Positions 57,113 to 64,000 of a DNA stretch of 64,000 bases are shown one piece after another. The DNA lies in the NCBI RefSeq assembly GCF_001194135.2, contig NC_068999.1, positions 54,934,960 to 54,998,959 of the forward strand, in the 5' to 3' direction. Under the pieces are notes generated by a model. That model searched no databases. It saw only the letters and a list, made by a program, of their open reading frames with translations, and was not told the DNA's origin. Positions within the stretch are counted from its first letter, which is position 1, and every line of letters begins with the position of its first letter. The position numbers and the translations under genes are program-made. Origin of the DNA: Octopus bimaculoides. Its lineage: Eukaryota.

Positions 57113-58155
57113 CTGAATAAAAGTATTCTATATTTATACATTACCTAATGTTTCATTGACCCTATCTATCTATCTGTCCATCCATCTACACACCACTACT
57201 GCTCAAACACCTATATTAGTATTGTGAATTTATCAAGACTTAAAACACCATATAAGTGTGCGTACGTCTGTGCACATTCTATATATACATGCACGATTAA
57301 GAGTAGACACGGGTGGGCGCACTCAATACACGCCGAATTTATTCGTTCGACGCACTGATGATCCAGTGAGTAGCTCCTCCAGAGTTCTACACATTCGTTG
57401 AAGCGACACGTACAAACAAGTAAACAAGAAACAGTTTCATACACACACACACATAGGTGCGTTACAATGTTCAGTTCTGCAGACGGGGTGAGGCAGCATA
57501 CGATCCAGGTTCTTGTTAGTCACGTGTGTGCTTCATCATGTGTCTCACATGATGGAGAGAAAACACACCTCTACACCAGTTTAGGGTTAGACTACATTCA
57601 CCAGCACACCCACCAATTTGGAGAGGTAGAGGTAAAACGTGTGTATCAATAGCACTACCGCACGTAGAAAGTGACAATAAGAAGCAGCATCAAAGCGGTC
57701 GCTTGATTTACTAAAAATAGCAGCTAAAACAGGGGCGCTCTATATTCTTTAAAGATACGCTAGCTAGATCTAGATATGTCCAAAAAGGTCATGACTAGAA
57801 CGCCTTCGGATCATGAGTGTGAGTGTTGGATCAAGACTGACGTGGGGTTAAAAAAAAACAATGCAACGCACGATGGAACGAAGTAGTTATTAACAGAATT
57901 CCTATTACAGCAACAACGTCACGTCTACTGAAAAGCAGAGAAATGCTTCTTCGGTTGACCCGTTGGGGAATCGAAACCGAGTAGAGAAATCGGTTGGTAG
58001 ACAACAACGAGCCGATCGCTGCAACTGAATCTCCCACGGACGGAGGTCGTAGTAAGCAGAAGAGGCGAAAATTTTCAGCTGGTTCCTTTCAGACAGTCAA
58101 GTTATTTCATGGTCCAATGGCGACAGTGTGTGCAGCGGAAGCGTAAACAGCATGA

Positions 58156-58159
58156 TAAG

Positions 58160-58215
<56 letters not shown>
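58156..58215. repeat. (TG)(TA)n microsatellite
   Basis: direct reading. Confidence 0.9.
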
Positions 58216-58217
<2 letters not shown>

Positions 58218-61200
58218 ACGTTCAAAAGATGGAGTTTAACGTGTCGAAGTGATATGTGAATGGCTATATAAATAACACACTCACATATTTATGTGCGGGT
58301 GCGTAAGAGTTATTCAAGATGGCAGGAGACAAGAGAAAAATTAAGGGCGAAAGGAAGTTTAGAACCTTACACCACCATATTTCTTTAAGTCGACCAGTTA
58401 GTGGTAGTGGCGATGCTACTACTACTGATTCTACTATTGAAGACGATGTCAGAAACTTCTATGTAGAGAGGGACATGAAAAGAAAGCGTCCGAAAGGAGG
58501 TAAGAGGGACGGCGATGTGGTTGTCATAGATTGGACGTCGAGGAATTTATAGAAGGACGTCATCGATAGAGAGAGACTACTTCCTTCTCACAGACAAAGG
58601 TGAGAGAGAAACTAATAGAAAAGGTGGGAGATACTGATATATAGAGTCAGGTAGGGAGAAAGGTGTTTATACATGTATATATATATGATGTCACTCACTG
58701 AGAGAGAGAGAATGTCATTATTTAAATACAGAAAGATATCGATTGTCAGGGTTAAGAAGAAATAAAGAGGGAGGAATGTCAATGATTATCTTTGATAATA
58801 AAGAATCTCGTTGCTCACCAGTGATGAGAAGAGAACGAAGATTAACAACAATAGAACAGACAGGGGGGAAGTTGGTGTATTTAATCATCGTCAACACTAT
58901 AAAATAGTGGTGAGATGATGTGAACAGTGTTGCCGAAGAGAAATATTGAGTATATAGAATAAAAACAACATGGATACCTGTACTGCTTACAGAGTTCCAG
59001 TGTGGTTGATAGAGACGACGGAGTTAGGTACGATGAGTGTGAGTGACACAGAAAGAGTGAGAGAGAAAACCTTGAGTAGTCTTGTGCAGCGCTATCATGC
59101 GGTGACTATTGAAAGCTAATGATTAAACTAAGAACCATAACTCACTAACTCACTCCAACTAAAAAAAAAAAGAGAAAGACTTCATTTATGATTTCTTACC
59201 GAGAGATTAATGACCCAGAAATAAAAGATGGTATGGTAGTGGGGGGATCTTCCCTTCCAATATTTTACCTATAAAATACATACATAAACGATATAAATTA
59301 TGTATTTAAAAACATAACAGTAAAACCTGTTCACACTACTCATATTTCAACTTCTATCAATAATTCACATCTGGATGTATTGCAAGAATATTAAATCGGT
59401 TCCAATACTTGAATAGTACTTTTTTTATCGACCCCGAAGTACAAAAAAAAAACAAAAACAGACAAATGCTGACATCCACAGGATTTGAATTTATATCGTA
59501 AAAGACCGCCACTAAACATACTAAGCATTTTTGTCCGACGCTATAGCGACGACTCCGCAGTTAAAACACCGATTAACTTGGTTAAGTTTAATCCCAGCTT
59601 AAGGAATGATTCGTGCGCCCCCCCTCTCCCTCCACGTTAAAAATTTATTCAAGATTATTAAGTAAGCATGGCTGTCTTACATAGCCTCTCAACTTCTATT
59701 GTGACTCACTTCCCATGTCCTATGTGAACCACAGAGGCCTTCTTTTCTTTGAACAGTAACCGGTTCAAGCTGACCACCAGCTGCATCAACCTCATCAGTC
59801 AGGGAGAGCGTGTTAAGTTATGGGTACTGCCCCGCCCCCTCTCTGACTAATAAAAGAAATGACCTCATTATCATCATTTTACGCCTGCTCTCCATGCTGG
59901 CATGGGTTGGACGGACGGATGCTTTGTCTGATGCCACCTCCTTTGTCTCTTCTATCTTTAGGAGAAAAAAAAACTCTGGAATACAAAGTTACAAATCGTA
60001 AAATCAACCCCACCTCACATCTACTTAATACTAGTATTTGATTACGTCTCTAAGTTTTTGAGCTCAAATCTCACACACGTCAACTTTCTTCTGATAAAAT
60101 AATCACCAAAGTACTGTGGATGATACAATCGACCAAGGCCCGTGAAAACAGTGATCTAGCATGGTTGCAGACTAATGATGGAAACCAGTAAAAAGAAGAA
60201 TGAAGATGTTTATTAAAACTGGGATCAAAGTCGTCCAGTTTATGTGAAATAACAGGCTGTGACCCTGTCCACTGGGCACAGGCTCTCAGTGCTCATTGCA
60301 TTTCAACAGGTCATCCACACCCGTATGAGAAGCATGAAAGCTTGTACAAGGTCATTTGACTTGCTGGAAACAGAAAAAATACAATAGAGGAAGTAATCCT
60401 ATATATGCATAATAGAAAAAGACAGCTTGGCCAGTCATGACTGAAATGCCTCTAATCATAGATCTGCCTGATCAGAATTGTCCTCTGGTTAGACACCATC
60501 AACATTAATATTTTATGAGGATTGTACCTGTGGGATTGGTAAAATTTCTGAAACAAGGAAAAGCAAAGGATAGGTAGTGTGGAGTGGTGTTGGAGGAGAA
60601 GCTGTTGTAACAATGGTGGGAATTGAAAACAATATAAGGGTTTGAATATGTAACAGATTCATAGGCTATGAAACTAATGAGAAGGCCTCTACACAAGTCA
60701 CTTGACCTATTACAAATAACGGCTAAATATCCATCAAATCACATATTAAAAAAGAATAAGTATTCCAAAATGGCTGAAGAAAAACAACAGAATATAGGCA
60801 CAGGTAGAGTTGTGTGGTAAGAAGTTTGCTTCCCAACCACAAGATTTCAGGCTCGGTCCCACTGTGTGGCACATTGGGCAAATGTCTTCTACCACAGCCT
60901 CAGGCTGACCAAAGCCTTGTGAGTGATTTCAGACATGGAAACTGAAAGAAGCCTGTTGTGTGTGTGTGTGTGTGTATTTCTTTGTTTGTCCCTTACCACT
61001 GCTTGACAACTGGTGTTGGTTTGTTTATGTCTCCATAACTTAGTTTGGTAAAAGATCAATAAAATAAGTACCACCCTTAAAAAAAAAAGTACTGGGGTCA
61101 ATTTGTTTGACTAAACTATTCAAAGCAGTGCCCCAGCATGGTCACAGTCCAATGACTAAATCTAGTATATGGATAAAAGCAATGGTCACAACTGAACCAT

Positions 61201-62864
61201 CTTTGATTAAGGCTAAACAGCAGCAACTGAGTAACACAGCATGTAGGGCAAGTTATTATGTATTTAGACACAAAAACCTGTTCACTGTTACGTCATAAGT
61301 TGTATTGACTGCAAAGGAACAAGAAGTACAATCTCAACCTGAGAACGTTGATCAAACTCACCAGTGTCTCACCACCACCAAAATCATTTTATGCCAGCTT
61401 TTCCATGATGGCATGGGTTAGATGGGGTTCCTGAGGCAGGGCTTTACAGTTCTATGCCCTTACTATTGCTAACTCTTTGAGTCACTGCGAATAGCACACA
61501 GGATTGGAATGTAACTGCTCTAAAATCAGGATACACATGGTAAAATTAACTAATAACTGCTTGTAACAAACACTTCACAATGTTTCTCTGTACCATTTAC
61601 AAAGGTACGGTGCATGAACCAAGCTTGCACCCCAGTTTCCTAGCTGAATATTATTAATGTTCTAAATAGAAAGGCTTAAACATTACAACATACCATCTCA
61701 TGAGTATTTGAGACACTGTAATTTGAAAAAAAAAACAAAAACAAACAAACACACACACAAAGGTCAGGTTATTCTACATAAAGAGAAAAACAGTGTAATT
61801 GATAAAGAAAGTGAATTCCAAGTATATTACTGGTACATAAACAGTAACGGCCAAACCAACAAGAAGGTATCTTTCATCGTTTACTTATTTCAGTCATTAC
61901 ACTGTGACCATGCTGGGGCATTGTCTTGAAGAATCTTTAGTTGAATGAATTGACCCAAGTACTTATTATTTTGTTTTAAGCCTCGTATTTATTCTTTTGG
62001 TCTCTTTTGCCAAACCGCTAAGTTATGGAGGGGAGGGAGGGGGAGCAAATGAGGTATGTATATAAAATAGAAAATGTGTCATGAGAATAAAGGGATAAGG
62101 CAGAGTGTAGCATATATTGATAAAATATAAGAAAGTGGTGGCTGAGTGTTGTAAATAAGGTGGTGTGTCACAACTGTACCATTAACACACTCACCTAGAA
62201 ATCTGAAGCTTCAGTATGTTTGGTAAAAAAAGAAAATCAATGTTTATTGTTACAATTAGAGAGAGAAAGGGAAGAAGAGAAGGTTGAGATATAGAGGAAA
62301 TACATTGGTTTTGTATGTTTTTTTATTTCCTCTGCAGGTACAGGTTGGATAGCTTCTGAGACAGACAGACTTATTGAGGAAGTCTATATGTGGTTTTTCA
62401 ACCTGTGAGAAACAGAAGCCAAATCTCTTACTCAAATCACGTCTTACCATCTTTATAAGATACTGAATAATGTAGTTCTATATAATACTATACTTGAAAA
62501 TATGTTTGGATAATCTTAACTGGAATGGTTTTGATTATAGTTGTACTCAAACATAACTAGCATTAGGTTAAACAACGAGACAGACAGACAGGCAGACATG
62601 CAATGAAGACAACTACCCCCGCTTCAGGAGACCAATTTCCAATTTGTTTATATTGTAAATGTCTGGAGTGAACAGCTCATAATGAGACATAAACTCTGCA
62701 AATTCAATTTCTATCCCTATACAGGTACAGGAGTGCATGTGTAGTAAGAAGCTTGCTTCCCAACCACATGGTTCCGGTTTCAGTCCCACTGCATGGCACT
62801 TTGGGCAAGTGTCTTCTATTAAAGCCTTGTGAGTGGATTTGGTAGACAGAAACTGAAAGAAGCC

Positions 62865-62909
<45 letters not shown>

Positions 62910-63107
62910 CTTTATTTAAAAGCAGCAGAAATATAACAAAAAAAGCGTTACTCTGAGTTTCACATTCCGAACGGGAACGTGAAACTCAGAGTAACGTTTT
63001 TTTTGTTATATTTCTGCTGCTTTTAGATAAAGCATATTACTCTACCTCTGGTATTTGAGTACTCTTTTTTCCACCTTGTTGCACATTTCATGTGCTTACT
63101 CCGGTAT

Positions 63108-63108
<1 letters not shown>
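62910..63108 (+). mobile_element. Probable Penelope-like element terminus: truncated terminal repeat (62969-63108) with an inverted partial copy (62910-62968); carries a hammerhead ribozyme remnant
   Basis: 59-bp hairpin with a 5-nt loop; GA-ACGggaaCGT-GAAA-CTCaGAG-TA motif; poly(A)-signal-like (A/G)ATAAA downstream. Confidence 0.6.
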
Positions 63109-63155
<47 letters not shown>

Positions 63156-63160
<5 letters not shown>

Positions 63161-63918
63161 GCGACTCCAGGTCATCAGCGTCACTTGGGCTCATAACAGA
63201 TTTCGTCACATGGGCTCATCAGATTTCACATAAGACATTCAAAGAATTTCACAGTTTTCTGTTTTATTTCTAGCCCCAAATAGCTTATTTTTTTTATATC
63301 TAGCACTATGTCTTTCTCCATTCCTAAGTTAAGGTGAAAATAAAGCAACCCTGCAAAACACAACTGACCTTTACACACAGATGTGCAGAATATCAGTGGA
63401 GTGCACAACAACTATCAGCGATCTGGCTGTTGCCTGCACTCTTGACAAGAGATGCCAGTTGGTCTTTTACACCTGCCAGGCTCATTCATATCAGCCAGAG
63501 TTGCTGGATAATTTTTCGTTCCTTTAAGAATATTCTAGAATGGAAACTTTTCATAGATTGGAATTTAAATCCAAATCTCTACAGAAATTTGTTTCAAGAA
63601 AACATTGCATTTGAATTACTTTTAATTTTTACAATTATAGATAACTCAGGCTGTAACTTCTGAGCCTGAGAATGATGTTGAGAGAACGTCTGCTCCAAAC
63701 GATATTGTTTGACACAGGGCACCTTTAAGACGACTGCCAGACACTGAACGAAAATAAATGAACTGCGACCAGGCTCAATAAAAGAAGCCCGAGTTATTGG
63801 TTGCAATTACATACTTGAAGTGTTGGAAGAAATTAAATCAGCTTGCAAATATACGCTCACTTTACTAAATTTATACTCGAGCTAAGCCCGAACAGCTTGA
63901 GTGCTGGAGTTACCACTG
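63156..63918. mobile_element. 763-bp non-autonomous TIR DNA transposon (CAG ends, hAT-like)
   Basis: CAGAGGCGACTCCAG / CTGGAGTTACCACTG (12/15 inverted); subterminal TGGGCTC x2 on the left and AAGCCCGA x2 on the right. Confidence 0.7.
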
Positions 63919-64000
63919 GTGTGTGTGTGTGTGCGTGTGCGTGTGCGTGTGCGCGTGTGCGTGCGCGTGCGCGTGCGTGTGCGTGTGTGTGTGTGTGTGT
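63919..64000. repeat. (GT)n/(GCGT)n microsatellite
   Basis: direct reading. Confidence 0.95.

Larger units (their letters stand above)
56400..58600 (-). promoter_or_regulatory. CpG-rich region, putative promoter and non-coding first exon(s) of CAB39
   Basis: CpG is visibly far denser here than in either gene body, and the CAB39 ATG exon needs an upstream non-coding exon. Contains TGACGTGG (57838), AATGGCG (~58116) and CAAGATGGC (58315). Confidence 0.55.

Noticed and set aside
63170-63235. CTGATGAG...GAAA on the - strand as a second hammerhead
   Set aside because: Stem II has only one pair and no stem III-UH follows; better explained as subterminal direct repeats of the TIR element.
63334-63806. 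109-aa and 70-aa ORFs as genes
   Set aside because: No recognisable domain or splice context; they lie inside a non-autonomous transposon.

Overview
AT-rich, intron-rich animal genomic DNA with six assembly gaps (N runs). The repeat content (tRNA-derived CORE-type and other SINEs, RTE LINE tails ending in (GAT)n, dense TA/TG microsatellites) points to a coleoid cephalopod, most likely Octopus; this is inference. Two convergent spliced genes are present, and every intron is GT-AG with consistent frame. (1) TUBGCP3 (gamma-tubulin complex component 3), + strand: 18 coding exons from 1933 to the stop at 31378, about 666 aa recovered; the N-terminal part lies upstream of the window. (2) CAB39/MO25, - strand: complete 339-aa CDS in 7 exons from 49489 down to 37529, with a probable CpG-rich 5' end near 56.4-58.6 kb. 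Introns and intergenic DNA hold relics of RTE and R4/Dong LINEs; mariner, Tc1-like, DD41D-like and pogo transposons; piggyBac-, hAT- and Merlin-like MITEs; and a Penelope-like terminal hairpin that retains most of a minimal hammerhead ribozyme. The most interesting leads are that hammerhead relic, inverted repeats that bracket in-frame exon blocks (circRNA or ADAR substrates), an unusually divergent GCP3 with several residues that A-to-I editing could revert, and periodic motif arrays in the putative CAB39 3' UTR. No prokaryotic system or CRISPR array is present. All comparisons to known proteins and repeat families are from memory, not from database searches.
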